From a bacterium (lineage in GTDB: Bacteria; Patescibacteriota; Patescibacteriia; Patescibacteriales; UBA12465): a DNA stretch of 64,000 bases. The DNA lies in assembly GCA_035414245.1 (NCBI GenBank), contig DAONYH010000001.1, positions 41,501 through 105,500 of the forward strand, in the 5' to 3' direction. Positions 8,546 through 18,803 of this stretch are shown piece by piece; position 1 is the stretch's first letter, and the number at the start of each line of letters is the position of its first letter. The notes under the pieces were generated by a model, which was not told the DNA's origin, ran no database searches, and saw only the letters and a program-made list of their open reading frames with translations. The translations under genes were made by a program, and so were the position numbers.

Positions 8546-10561
8546 TTACTCGATTCGACCAGAACTACTTAAACCAGCAATATCATCATCTTCCAGTTTA
8601 GTAGTTTTCGGTCCAGATTTTTTTGTAATTTCTTCTTGTGTTTCATTATCAACGGCGCTAATCGTTGCTCCGGGAGATAAAACTAAAATTTTATTACGAT
8701 CAGCTTCACTAGGTGTGATTGCTAAAGAAAAATGAGCATTAACTTCGGAGACAGAAATAGGCAGGCGTCCAATACTCCAGGTTACCTTTCTTTGATTGCC
8801 GTCATAGGTTAAATTACCAACACTAGCAAAGGAATTTTCATTATAATAAACATAGTTGGGCAATTGAAGAGAAACTTCGGTCTGACTTAGTTCATGTAAA
8901 CTATTTTCAACCAACCAATCAACACGAAAATTACTTACTTCTCCAACTCGAGGCGGTAAAGGACCGGACCCAACCGGCAAATTATTATCATCAAAATATC
9001 TAACTTTTTCCGTTAAACTCAAATCACTATTAATTTTACTAACTATTTCATTGCTCTTATTGGCTTCCGCGTCGGATTCTCCAGTATTGGCTCCGGACTG
9101 AGCATAGGCAATCACTTCTAGTTTCTCGCCAAAATTATTAGCTTGATACTCTTTAACATTAATTGTAATATTTATTTCTCCACTCTCTCCTGGTCTGATT
9201 TCCGCCAGCGCCGGCAATTCTTTTTTAGTCCAAATAATCATTTTACCTGTTCTTATCTCGCCGGGTGTTTCCAATTTTAAACTATTCCAATCATAGAAAA
9301 AACCATCAAGAACAAAAGAAATGGAAGCATCCTTAAAAGTATTCTCTCCCTTATTACTATAATTTAAAGTATAGTTTAAAGTATCACCAAAATTAACCGG
9401 ACTATTATTATTTGATCCGTCTAAAAACAAAGTTAAATTCAAATCACTTTTTACAAATTCCGGATTTAATCTTTTTTCCCAAAAAGTATAACTTTGACCA
9501 TCGTCTAATCTTTTTTCTAAACGAATAATAATTTCTGCAGAACTTGGTTGTTCCTTGCTTTGATATTTAAAATTTATTTTCTTGCCGGCCGTATCCGGAC
9601 GCAAATTTTTCAACAACCAAGTTTCTGTTCCTCCAGATATAAGAGCTAAGCCCGTATACTCTGAATCAGCGGTAATTAATTTATCTTCCTTAACTTTTCC
9701 TTCTTCCGATTTAATTTCTGCTGCTGTAATGGTGGTTTGTTCAGGCAAAATAAATCTAATTATAAAATCCTCTAAAAAATTCTCCTCAACATCATAGAAA
9801 GATAAACTGACTTCATTATCTTGATTTATAAAAGCTAAATTAGAAGATTCTAAGCCGACTTGAAAACCAATGCCACTGATAATTGTCGCATCAGAACTTT
9901 CTTTTTTAAATTCGCTGGAAATGCCGGCCGGAGTATAAATTAAGCGCCCGGAAATAATATTTACCGAATCAAGTTTATTAACTATTTTTCCTTTCACCTC
10001 TAATTTACCGGTTGCTCCCGGAGCTAAATCAGGTAAATTAAATCCATAAGAACCGGTGCTGGGCTCTAAATCAGCAGAAGAATAAATAAATCCTTCCGGA
10101 TACTTCAATTCTAATTTTAAATTAGTTGCCCCGAACTTAGTCGGATTACTATATTCAACAAAATAAGAAAATTCTTCGCCAGCTACAATTTTTTCAGGGG
10201 CAATTATTTGAAATTTAAAACTGTTCATGTCGCTGTCACCGGAAAAGAAATATAAATAGGAAAAATAAGCAGCCAAAAACAAAAGGGTGAAAAATAATAA
10301 TTTTTTGAAAATTCTCACAAAAATATTGGTTTTCTTCTTAGCACTAACCTGTTTGACATCAATTAAATCACCTTTACTGTCTTTATAAATCTCACTTAAA
10401 TTAGAATCAATCTCTTGATGACGCGCCTCCTTCTCTACCACTCTTTCAAAATTCTTTACTTCCTGTTCAGTCGGCATTGGTCTTTCAATAAAAGCTGACA
10501 AGCCGGATGATTTTTTTTGATCAACTTTAATATTTTTTTTAATTTTCTTTATTTTAGACAT
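8546..10561 (-). CDS. membrane-anchored surface protein with repeated Ig-like (DUF11/CARDB-like) modules
   Basis: A charged N-terminus and one TM helix (LLFFTLLFLAAYFSYLYFF) are followed by three beta-rich modules. Each has the pattern NP/NKGxxxxxxxxL...L(P/A)PGxxGxxxV. The family call is tentative. Confidence 0.55.
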   Translation of the reverse strand: MSKIKKIKKNIKVDQKKSSGLSAFIERPMPTEQEVKNFERVVEKEARHQEIDSNLSEIYKDSKGDLIDVKQVSAKKKTNIFVRIFKKLLFFTLLFLAAYFSYLYFFSGDSDMNSFKFQIIAPEKIVAGEEFSYFVEYSNPTKFGATNLKLELKYPEGFIYSSADLEPSTGSYGFNLPDLAPGATGKLEVKGKIVNKLDSVNIISGRLIYTPAGISSEFKKESSDATIISGIGFQVGLESSNLAFINQDNEVSLSFYDVEENFLEDFIIRFILPEQTTITAAEIKSEEGKVKEDKLITADSEYTGLALISGGTETWLLKNLRPDTAGKKINFKYQSKEQPSSAEIIIRLEKRLDDGQSYTFWEKRLNPEFVKSDLNLTLFLDGSNNNSPVNFGDTLNYTLNYSNKGENTFKDASISFVLDGFFYDWNSLKLETPGEIRTGKMIIWTKKELPALAEIRPGESGEINITINVKEYQANNFGEKLEVIAYAQSGANTGESDAEANKSNEIVSKINSDLSLTEKVRYFDDNNLPVGSGPLPPRVGEVSNFRVDWLVENSLHELSQTEVSLQLPNYVYYNENSFASVGNLTYDGNQRKVTWSIGRLPISVSEVNAHFSLAITPSEADRNKILVLSPGATISAVDNETQEEITKKSGPKTTKLEDDDIAGLSSSGRIE

Positions 10562-10568
10562 ATATATA

Positions 10569-13091
10569 TTAATTTTTAAATAGTATTGAATAATATTTAT
10601 CAGTGTTTAGTTGATCTTCAGCAAACCAACCCTTGTTCCAATTAAGATTATCAGGATGACGATAATTAATTTCTAAATTAGTTTGCACTTCTAAGCGAGT
10701 GGAAAATTTACTGGGACTAGCGCCGGGTTGTTTTTGAACTAATAAAGAATAGTCAAAAAAGTTTTTAAAATCAGGATTGGTTAATCGATTGAAGCGCGCC
10801 AAGAAACTATTATCAACTTTTTCCGTGAAAAAATTAAAGGGCAGTTCATAAACAAAAACTATTTCCTTGGTTTCACCCGGATCAATCATTACCCAACCGG
10901 CAAAAACGGTTTTCTGATTTTCTTCGTAAATTTTAAAACCGCTTTGAGGGTCACTTAGAGCTAAACGCTCAGAACGCAGATTCTCTAATTCCAACCAATT
11001 TGGTTCTGGATCTTCAAAATATTTCTCATCTGGATTAGTTGTTTCTGTAGCGGAAAGCAAACGACTTCCCAAAGGAACATACACGCGTAGCCAATTAACA
11101 TTGCGCACTCCGGTTAAAGGTTCATTTTTTATACCCGTGTGCGTACGAGAAATTTTTACCGTATTGATAATGCGACCATCAGAACTAACTTTTGAAATGT
11201 GTTGAATCTCTTCCACCATTTTACGATCAGATTTTTGCCCGGCAATATTGGTGTTTACCACCATTAAATAATCTTTATCAGTATTCTTTACTTCACCAGT
11301 AAAATTTCTCTTACTAAACTCGGCTTGTAAAATCGGATCAGTAAAATAAAATAAAACCTGTTTTTGCGAAACATTATCCTCAAACAAAGTTATTATCTTT
11401 AACAAATTTTCTTTATCTAATTTTTGTGGCAAGACTTCCAAAATTTTAACCGCCAAATCGCCAATAATTTTTTTCGGTTTATTGGCTGAATTATTTTCTA
11501 AATCTTGTTCTAAGGGTAGTGTTGTTTCAATGGCGGTTGGTGTTACATTTAAATCTAAAACCTCATTTGGATGACTAACTAACAAATTATCGTGCTCAAC
11601 TATTTTTTGAACAATTTCCCAAAAATTATTACTATCAATTACCACGCCATATTCTGTAGTCAAATCAATCGGACCGGTTATTTCAAGCAAACTCTCAACT
11701 ACTTTAGGCGTAAAACTAATTACTCCATCAACTGTGGAGCCGCCACTTTTTTCATAAAACCACATTAAATTTTTGGCCGTCGTCGGCCAATCAGGCCACC
11801 AGTTAGCATCCCAAAAATGCCAAGCCGGATTAACTAACCATAAAGGCTCAGGCGCCTTTACTTTAACGGTCATACCGCCCTCGGTATCATAGGAACCGCC
11901 ACCGGGTACTTCTAAATTTTTTATTTTTGCGCCCCTAACATCAAGTAAAGCATAGCTACCCAAGAAACCGCCTGAAGCTCTTAACTCAGAATTATTTTGG
12001 AATATTAATAAGTATCTTTTATCGCGACTAAGACCTAATAACTCCTTAGCCTTTGAAGTAGCAGAAACAAAACTTTCCAGATTGTTCACTAAAAAATCAG
12101 CTTGATTACTTAAAGCAATAAATTGTTTACGATATTCAGCTGGCAAATTATTGGGGTTGATTTTATTTATCACTGCTTGCAACTCGCGTGCGTCCTGAAC
12201 AGCCAAATCACCATACTTTATAAATTCTTCCAAAGAAACTAAGATATCTCGGTCTTTAAATTCAAATAAATTATTGGTCGCTAAAACTAAATTTTTACCT
12301 AGCGATGAGCTAAGCGCGCCCGCTTCTAAAAAATTCTTACTTTCAGCCGCTAATTTTAATTTAGGATCATTAGACAAAGAAGCTAAAAATAGAAGTGAAT
12401 CATTAATTACACTTAAATCATCTTTAGCAGATAAAAAACTTTTGCCGGCTTCGGAAAAAGCTCTGTCCGCTTCCTTAAAATCTAAAGTTGAAGCCGAATC
12501 AAAAGCAACCAGTAAATTATTAAACGCTGCCTTTGATTTTGTCATTACTTGATCTTCTAATTTAGCCAAATCAAAAACCTGGAAATAGGATAATAATTTT
12601 AAAGGTAAAATTAAAAAAACCAATACCAAAACAAAGGTTAAAAAAGATCGATACCAAATCACTCGGCTTTGCGCCCGCGCTAATTCTTCTCTTCTATTTA
12701 AACGAAAGCGCCGACTTAAAATTCTTTGTTTAGCTCTCACTTTATCACGCCAATTCTTTTTCTTATTACCAACAAAAGAAAACTTTGACCAAAAATTATT
12801 CCATGACCAAAAATTTTTCTCTTTGGCTTTTTTAAAATTAAAAATATTCTTAACGCGCGAAATTATTTCCTCCTCGGTATTCTGTAAAAAATTTAGCGTT
12901 GGTTTGGTCGGTTTTTTGATTGTCAAAAAATTTCGCGAAAATACTCTTGATTTTGGCTTTTTATTATTTTTATTAGAAACAGCTTGTTCTTTATTTTGTT
13001 TGGCGATTTCTCTTAAATCAACCACAAAACTAGAGTATCTCTCTCTTTCTAAGGCAGCCTGCTTTTGTTTTAAGAAAAGATTATCTTTCAT
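10569..13091 (-). CDS. DUF4012 domain-containing membrane protein
   Basis: It carries the hallmark YLLIFQNNSELRASGGFLGSYALLDV and a single TM helix after a basic N-terminus. The ATG is at 13091. Confidence 0.8.
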   Translation of the reverse strand: MKDNLFLKQKQAALERERYSSFVVDLREIAKQNKEQAVSNKNNKKPKSRVFSRNFLTIKKPTKPTLNFLQNTEEEIISRVKNIFNFKKAKEKNFWSWNNFWSKFSFVGNKKKNWRDKVRAKQRILSRRFRLNRREELARAQSRVIWYRSFLTFVLVLVFLILPLKLLSYFQVFDLAKLEDQVMTKSKAAFNNLLVAFDSASTLDFKEADRAFSEAGKSFLSAKDDLSVINDSLLFLASLSNDPKLKLAAESKNFLEAGALSSSLGKNLVLATNNLFEFKDRDILVSLEEFIKYGDLAVQDARELQAVINKINPNNLPAEYRKQFIALSNQADFLVNNLESFVSATSKAKELLGLSRDKRYLLIFQNNSELRASGGFLGSYALLDVRGAKIKNLEVPGGGSYDTEGGMTVKVKAPEPLWLVNPAWHFWDANWWPDWPTTAKNLMWFYEKSGGSTVDGVISFTPKVVESLLEITGPIDLTTEYGVVIDSNNFWEIVQKIVEHDNLLVSHPNEVLDLNVTPTAIETTLPLEQDLENNSANKPKKIIGDLAVKILEVLPQKLDKENLLKIITLFEDNVSQKQVLFYFTDPILQAEFSKRNFTGEVKNTDKDYLMVVNTNIAGQKSDRKMVEEIQHISKVSSDGRIINTVKISRTHTGIKNEPLTGVRNVNWLRVYVPLGSRLLSATETTNPDEKYFEDPEPNWLELENLRSERLALSDPQSGFKIYEENQKTVFAGWVMIDPGETKEIVFVYELPFNFFTEKVDNSFLARFNRLTNPDFKNFFDYSLLVQKQPGASPSKFSTRLEVQTNLEINYRHPDNLNWNKGWFAEDQLNTDKYYSILFKN

Positions 13092-13119
13092 CAAAATGTT
13101 ATTAGATTTATTATGGAAA

Positions 13120-14316
13120 TTATTTATTTTTGCCGGTTTTTAAAAGCGCTTGGCGATAAATATTAAAAGTTTTATTAGCGCATTCCCACCAATTATATTC
13201 GCGACTCTTCGCGATTCCCTTTTCAATTAATTCTGATCTTAATTTTTCATCTTTTAAAACCAATTTTATTTTAGATGCCATATCTTCTTCGTCTTCAGGA
13301 TTAAAATATAAAGCGGCTGATCCCAAAATTTCCGGCAAACTGGCTCGATCAGAACTAATTACTGGACATCCCTTACCCATTGCCTCTAGAGGCGGAAGAC
13401 CAAAGCCTTCATAAAGTGAGGGGAATATATAAGCCCTAGCTTCTTGATACATTATTTCCAGTTGAGCATCAGGCACATAGCCGGGAAAAACAACCGGACT
13501 ATTTAAATTCTCTTTTTGCCACAAATTTAAAGAGCGCGCATATTGCTTAATTCGATTATAAAAATAATCTTCCTTGCCGACTAAAACTAATTTTAAATCT
13601 TTCTGTTCAGCGTAAAGACGATTAAATACTCTAATTAAGGTTTCTAAATTTTTATGAGGGTAGGCGTTACCAACGTAAAGTAAGAAATTTTTTCCTAAAT
13701 GATATTTTTGAATCATTTCCTCACTGTCTAATTTAGCAACAAACAAAGAATCACGACCTTTGGCTAAATTAGCTACTCCTTCATAAGTTACGACAATTTT
13801 GCTGGCCGCTCTAGGAAAAGTATGAATAATATCTTGCTTAGTAAATTCAGAAACAGCAATTATTTTTTCCGCTCTGAAAATTATCATTCTCAAAACAAAT
13901 CGATAAGCTAAATTTTTAAAACGATATACCCAAGTATTCTTAGTTGTAGCTCTAACTGTTGGAAAATGCGTTAAAATTAAATCATGAATCGTTACCACCA
14001 TTTTAGTTGGAGTAAAAATCGGCACATTAAAATGGGGAAAATGAATTAAATCTAATTTTTCTTTAGCAATCAACCAAGGCATAATCAATTGCTCTCGCCA
14101 GGAATACCAAGGAATGTTCAGTTTAACTTTTCTAACCCGAGGACTTTTGACATTAAATTCATCAAAATTGGCCGGACTTAAAAATATAACAAAATCCAAG
14201 GCGCCATCACCCAGCGCCTCATTGATTTTTATTATATTATCGACCACTTCTTGAGTATAACGACCCAATCCTTTTCCAATCGGTCCATAAAAGCGGGCGT
14301 CAATGCCAATTCTCAT
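13120..14316 (-). CDS. glycosyltransferase family 4 (GT-B)
   Basis: MRIGIDARF at the N-terminus and the C-terminal EGFGLPPLEAMGKGCPVISS motif. Confidence 0.85.
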   Translation of the reverse strand: MRIGIDARFYGPIGKGLGRYTQEVVDNIIKINEALGDGALDFVIFLSPANFDEFNVKSPRVRKVKLNIPWYSWREQLIMPWLIAKEKLDLIHFPHFNVPIFTPTKMVVTIHDLILTHFPTVRATTKNTWVYRFKNLAYRFVLRMIIFRAEKIIAVSEFTKQDIIHTFPRAASKIVVTYEGVANLAKGRDSLFVAKLDSEEMIQKYHLGKNFLLYVGNAYPHKNLETLIRVFNRLYAEQKDLKLVLVGKEDYFYNRIKQYARSLNLWQKENLNSPVVFPGYVPDAQLEIMYQEARAYIFPSLYEGFGLPPLEAMGKGCPVISSDRASLPEILGSAALYFNPEDEEDMASKIKLVLKDEKLRSELIEKGIAKSREYNWWECANKTFNIYRQALLKTGKNK

Positions 14317-14333
14317 GTAAATTAATATTAAAA

Positions 14334-15767
14334 CTAAACAAACGGTAAATTAGCCGGAGGCTCATCCGCTTCCGGTGAATCTAAAGATCGATCACCTTCA
14401 ATATTTAAATTATTTTTAAAAATATCTGATTCCAAAAAACTTTCAGTTGGTGTCCTTAATTCATTGGCTAAAGGCAAGGATGAGGGTGCATCTGCTTTCT
14501 TGCCTTGCGTTCTTTGAATTAAAGATGCTTTAACACTACCTTCAACTGGAAAATGCCAAAGAGTTGCCAATTCTTCAATATTTAAAATTTTAGCTGATAC
14601 TCCAATTGAACTTGAACGATTAACATAGGCTCTAAAAAGATTGTTTTTCTTACGAATAAGTCGTGACTTTTTCCAAAAATAAACGGTTTTAGTTAATGTT
14701 TTCTTTACTTCCGGCCGCAAATTATTTAAATCTAAGGCAGCAAATTGTTTCATATAACCAATAACTCCATTACCAACCTTAGCTTTATTCATAACATCTT
14801 TTCGAGCAACATAAACCACTCTAATTTTTACATCAAAAGCTAATTTTCCTGCCTTTTCATTAACGCCTTCAATTTTTCTTTTTTCCAATGGACTTAAATC
14901 CATCATTCCCTTTTGTTTTTCCTCTTTCTTTTCTGAAGAAGTTCCATCACCTTCCCAAGGTAAAAAAATCTCCCGCGTTTTTCCAATTGATTCAATCCCT
15001 TGCATGAATAAATTACTTTTAGTTTTGCTCTTTCTTCCTAAAATTTTATTGATTTCCTTTTCCGCATCTTTCAACCAATCAAAACCAATCGGCGTTACAA
15101 TTAATTGCATCCATAATTGTTCACCTTGACGCAAGGAACCACATAAATCCATTAAAGCAGCCATCGGGTCTTTAAACTGCATTTCACTGGGACCCAAAGT
15201 ATATTCAAAATCTTTATAACATTTGATGGGATACATCCAAGGGGCGGATAAAGTAAACTCTAATCCCCAAATATCATATTCTTCATCAGGATATCTTTGC
15301 GGTACAGTTTGAGTATAGTCATCAACTTCTGATATCTCGGCATCCGGATATTGTGAATAAATTGATGATTCAATTAAATTACGAAATTCAACCGGTGTCC
15401 AAACTAAAAATTGTGTATAACCCTCTAAACTAACAATCTCATAGCTGAATGATTTTTGAAATTCTCCCTTAAACCACTTCTCAAAAAAATCCACTGAACC
15501 ATGAGCGCCACCTAAATAAGTAAACATGTTTTCAACGGCCTTGGGCGACTGCTCATTGCCTTTGGGAACATCAATCGCCAAAAGAACATGTTTATGCGTT
15601 TCTGCCCATTTACCTCGCAACCAAAATAAATACAATTGCAAAATACCGTAAAGCATAATTACGGCCACTATCATCCAACCAAAATTACCCATAAACACAA
15701 AAAACATCTTGTCGGGCGGCAAGCTAAAAAAGCGATCAATACCAGTCGTATTAATTACAATATTCAT
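14334..15767 (-). CDS. hypothetical membrane protein
   Basis: This 477-aa ORF has an N-terminal TM helix (FGWMIVAVIMLYGILQLYLF) and no nucleotide-binding or catalytic motif that I recognise. It is the first gene after terminator 15811-15848. Confidence 0.55.
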   Translation of the reverse strand: MNIVINTTGIDRFFSLPPDKMFFVFMGNFGWMIVAVIMLYGILQLYLFWLRGKWAETHKHVLLAIDVPKGNEQSPKAVENMFTYLGGAHGSVDFFEKWFKGEFQKSFSYEIVSLEGYTQFLVWTPVEFRNLIESSIYSQYPDAEISEVDDYTQTVPQRYPDEEYDIWGLEFTLSAPWMYPIKCYKDFEYTLGPSEMQFKDPMAALMDLCGSLRQGEQLWMQLIVTPIGFDWLKDAEKEINKILGRKSKTKSNLFMQGIESIGKTREIFLPWEGDGTSSEKKEEKQKGMMDLSPLEKRKIEGVNEKAGKLAFDVKIRVVYVARKDVMNKAKVGNGVIGYMKQFAALDLNNLRPEVKKTLTKTVYFWKKSRLIRKKNNLFRAYVNRSSSIGVSAKILNIEELATLWHFPVEGSVKASLIQRTQGKKADAPSSLPLANELRTPTESFLESDIFKNNLNIEGDRSLDSPEADEPPANLPFV

Positions 15768-15810
15768 ATTTAAATTATCTTTCTTTACTTAAATTTTATC
15801 ATATTTAAAT

Positions 15811-15848
15811 AAAAAAAAGAAATCCGGTTTAAGCGCTAACCGGATTTC
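15811..15848 (-). terminator. rho-independent terminator after the sigma-like gene
   Basis: The 11-bp stem GAAATCCGGTT / AACCGGATTTC is followed by T8 on the minus strand. Confidence 0.7.
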
Positions 15849-15897
15849 TTTGTATATTTGAGATTTGTTACCAAAATTCTTGAAAATTTACTAAATA

Positions 15898-16977
15898 TTA
15901 TTCATTTTTCCACTCTTTTAGGGCATAGGTTCCTCTGGAAACAAGAATATATCTTTCATCAAGAATAAGCTCGTTGTGGACAGTAGCCGCATTGGCTTTT
16001 TTATTATCAAATTTTACTTCATTAATTTTTTCCGCAATCGTAGTAAAATGCATTGGCTCACCTTCATTTTTTAAGATTAAATAAATCTTATCATTAACGG
16101 TTTTAGGTTTAATTTCTTTCCAATCAGCCAAGCCCCATTTACCAAATTTATTTCGTTCAAGGTTTTTAATAGCTTGCATAAGTGAATACAAAACCTTATT
16201 ACTATTAATTATTTCTGCCTTATCAGGAAAAGTTTTACTTTTCAAAATCGGCACAATATTAATTGTTTCTTTGACAATTTTATCTTGATTTTTATTAAAA
16301 ATATCTAATTGCTTGGATAAACTGATCAATTCTTCGGTGCTAAAAGTTCTTTGTGAATTATCAATTTTTTCCAAAATATTATCAGCTAATTCTTCTAAGT
16401 AAGAAACTTCATTATTTCTTAATTTAAAAATTGGAGTGAATTTCTCACTTTTATTGATTATCTCTAAATCATCCACCATTAAATTAGAAATCAAAAAATT
16501 AAAATGATTGCGATAAGCACGACGTACTTTTTCATCACCTGCCATTTCAGACTTATCCATATTTAACTCTAAAGTAAGAACAGTTAGAATATCTAATAAA
16601 TAATCACGACGAATAAGACCACCATGATCTTCAAGCAATCGGTGGACTGTTACCTTTAGATCATCAATATAATTAGACAAGTTATCTAATTTTTTAATTT
16701 TTTTGATGCTGGCGGCTTCAATTTGCCTAACTCTTTCTCTAGTTAATTTATGAAGACTGCCAATCTTTTCTAAAGTCTCATATTTATCACCGCTTAACCC
16801 AAAACGTCTAGTTAAAATGTCTCTTTCTCTATCCATTAATTCAGAAAATAAAGAATTAACGATTTTAATCGCGTCCAGACGTCCAGCTTCTTCAATTTTT
16901 CTTTCAGTGATAATTTTTTCTAAAATATTGTCCATATATTCCTTATTAAAAAATAAAGCATTTCGCTTATTTATCAT
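15898..16977 (-). CDS. sigma-70 region-4-like HTH protein with C-terminal HARE-HTH-like domain
   Basis: ILTRRFGL..ETLEKIGSLHKLTRERVRQIEAASIKKIK is a region 4.2 HTH. The C-terminal IYLILKNEGEPMHFTTIAEKI...LVSRGTYALKEW is HARE-HTH-like. No region 2 is present. Confidence 0.65.
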   Translation of the reverse strand: MINKRNALFFNKEYMDNILEKIITERKIEEAGRLDAIKIVNSLFSELMDRERDILTRRFGLSGDKYETLEKIGSLHKLTRERVRQIEAASIKKIKKLDNLSNYIDDLKVTVHRLLEDHGGLIRRDYLLDILTVLTLELNMDKSEMAGDEKVRRAYRNHFNFLISNLMVDDLEIINKSEKFTPIFKLRNNEVSYLEELADNILEKIDNSQRTFSTEELISLSKQLDIFNKNQDKIVKETINIVPILKSKTFPDKAEIINSNKVLYSLMQAIKNLERNKFGKWGLADWKEIKPKTVNDKIYLILKNEGEPMHFTTIAEKINEVKFDNKKANAATVHNELILDERYILVSRGTYALKEWKNE

Positions 16978-17024
16978 TTAAATGCTCGTTTAAAGCTTGA
17001 ATCACTTTATCACATTATTTTATA

Positions 17025-17987
17025 TTAGTCAATACTTTGCCAATATTTTTTAATATTTTTATACTCTTTTAGATTAAATTGCTCTAATATTAGGGAAAAA
17101 AAGAACAAAATAAAGACCTTTATCAGCACTAATAAGCGACTTGCTAAATTCTCAGTTTTAAAGTGTTTGATGAATAAAAAATGCTGACTGCGAAAGGACC
17201 AAGCCCTGACTCTTTTACTGAGTTGACGACGATTAAGAAAAAATGCTCTTATTCCTCGCCCATAAAAAGCCGCGGTTCGATCATGATAAATTATTGCTTT
17301 AGGCACTAAAACCGATTTTAAATTGTTTTTATGAAGACGATAGGCCAAATCACAATCCTCTTTATACATAAAAAACTGCTCATCAAAATAATTATCTTTT
17401 TCTTTAATCGCTTCAAGCGCACTTAAGCGAAACAAACCAGCCGCCCCAGAAGGTCCAAGAATTTCTGCCTGGTCATACTGCCCTTTATCCTCTTCTCCCT
17501 GTCCTAAATCAATAAATTTTAAACCCGGTTTTAAAACTAAACCAACTGAATCAATCTGCTTGGTTTTTTTCAGTTCTGAAAAATTCCAACGTAAAATTTT
17601 GGGACTGGCAGCTGCTAATTCTTTTTTTTCCTCCAAAGCTGCCATAAGTAATGAAATAGCGTCTGGTGCCAAACAAGTATCAGGATTAAGCATTAAAAAA
17701 TAATCTGCTTCTAACTCTTTAGCTTTCTTGATTAAAAAATTATAAGCGGCACCAAAGCCAAGATTTTTTCCTTGTGAATAATATCCAACCTCTTCCGGAT
17801 TTTCACGGAAAAAAAATTCAATCGCTAAACGATTGATTTTAGTATCTTCTTCACTATTATCAAAAGCAAGAATTTTAAATTCTGGCTTAGGTAAAAAGTC
17901 TAAGGCCTTTCTTAGACTAGGTAAAAACTCACCCAAATATTTAGCGCTTACTTCGTTGTAAGCTAAAAAACCAACCACTAATTTCAT
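17025..17987 (-). CDS. glycosyltransferase family 2
   Basis: AFDNSEED, GKNLGFGAAYNFL and FLMLNPDT give a GT-A DxD-type architecture. Confidence 0.8.
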   Translation of the reverse strand: MKLVVGFLAYNEVSAKYLGEFLPSLRKALDFLPKPEFKILAFDNSEEDTKINRLAIEFFFRENPEEVGYYSQGKNLGFGAAYNFLIKKAKELEADYFLMLNPDTCLAPDAISLLMAALEEKKELAAASPKILRWNFSELKKTKQIDSVGLVLKPGLKFIDLGQGEEDKGQYDQAEILGPSGAAGLFRLSALEAIKEKDNYFDEQFFMYKEDCDLAYRLHKNNLKSVLVPKAIIYHDRTAAFYGRGIRAFFLNRRQLSKRVRAWSFRSQHFLFIKHFKTENLASRLLVLIKVFILFFFSLILEQFNLKEYKNIKKYWQSID

Positions 17988-17991
17988 TTAT

Positions 17992-18717
17992 TTATATCAA
18001 CATTTTTTTATCTAACTTTTCTTTAGCAAAGGCTTGGGCTTTTAACAAGCTATCAAATGTTCCCGCGTCCAGCCATTCACCCTTAACCATCGCTACCTCT
18101 AGTTCTCCTCTTTCTAAATACCAATTATTCAAATCAGTTATCTCTAGTTCACCGCGCGCGCTGGGTTTTATTTCTTTGGCCACTTGTACCACTCGTTGAT
18201 CATAAACATATAAACCAGTCACCGCATAATTACTTAAATACTCTTGTGGTTTCTCAACAATTCTTTCCGCTTTAAAATTTTCATCAAACTTAACCACGCC
18301 AAATCTTTCCGGATCTGGAACATGTTTGGCAAAAATTTTTGCCCCGCTTTTAAAATTTTTGATCTCTTCGGAAAAATCATCTTCAAAAATATTATCACCT
18401 AAAATCATAGCCACATCTTCATTATCAATAAAATTTTCCCCGATAATAAAAGCTTGGGCCAAACCCTCGGGTTTATCTTGTATTTCATAAGTAAATTTAA
18501 CGCCAAATTGCTTGCCCGAACCAAGTAAATTTAAATAATCACCTGCTCTCTCCGGCGCCACAATAATTAAAATTTCTTTGATGCCGGCATTAATTAAGGT
18601 GTTAAGCGGATAATATATCATCGGTCGATTATAAATAGGCAAAAGTTGTTTGCTAGTTATTTTCGTTAAAGGACGAAGTCTGGTCCCGCTACCACCTGAT
18701 AAAATTATTCCTCTCAT
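17992..18717 (-). CDS. sugar-1-phosphate nucleotidyltransferase (glucose-1-phosphate thymidylyltransferase-like, short form)
   Basis: The N-terminal signature is MRGIILSGGSGTRLRPLT, with EKPxxxxSNYAVTGLY further in. Confidence 0.8.
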   Translation of the reverse strand: MRGIILSGGSGTRLRPLTKITSKQLLPIYNRPMIYYPLNTLINAGIKEILIIVAPERAGDYLNLLGSGKQFGVKFTYEIQDKPEGLAQAFIIGENFIDNEDVAMILGDNIFEDDFSEEIKNFKSGAKIFAKHVPDPERFGVVKFDENFKAERIVEKPQEYLSNYAVTGLYVYDQRVVQVAKEIKPSARGELEITDLNNWYLERGELEVAMVKGEWLDAGTFDSLLKAQAFAKEKLDKKMLI

Positions 18718-18759
18718 ATAATTAAGTTAATTTATAATTATTTATTTCTTTAGCATTCT

Positions 18760-18803
18760 TTCTTTATTTTTCAAATAGTCTTTATTTATTTCTTAAATAG
18801 TCT
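18760..18803. repeat. 22-nt tandem duplication spanning the rfbD stop
   Basis: 18782-18803 (the last 7 codons plus the stop) matches 18760-18781 at 19/22 positions. Confidence 0.8.
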
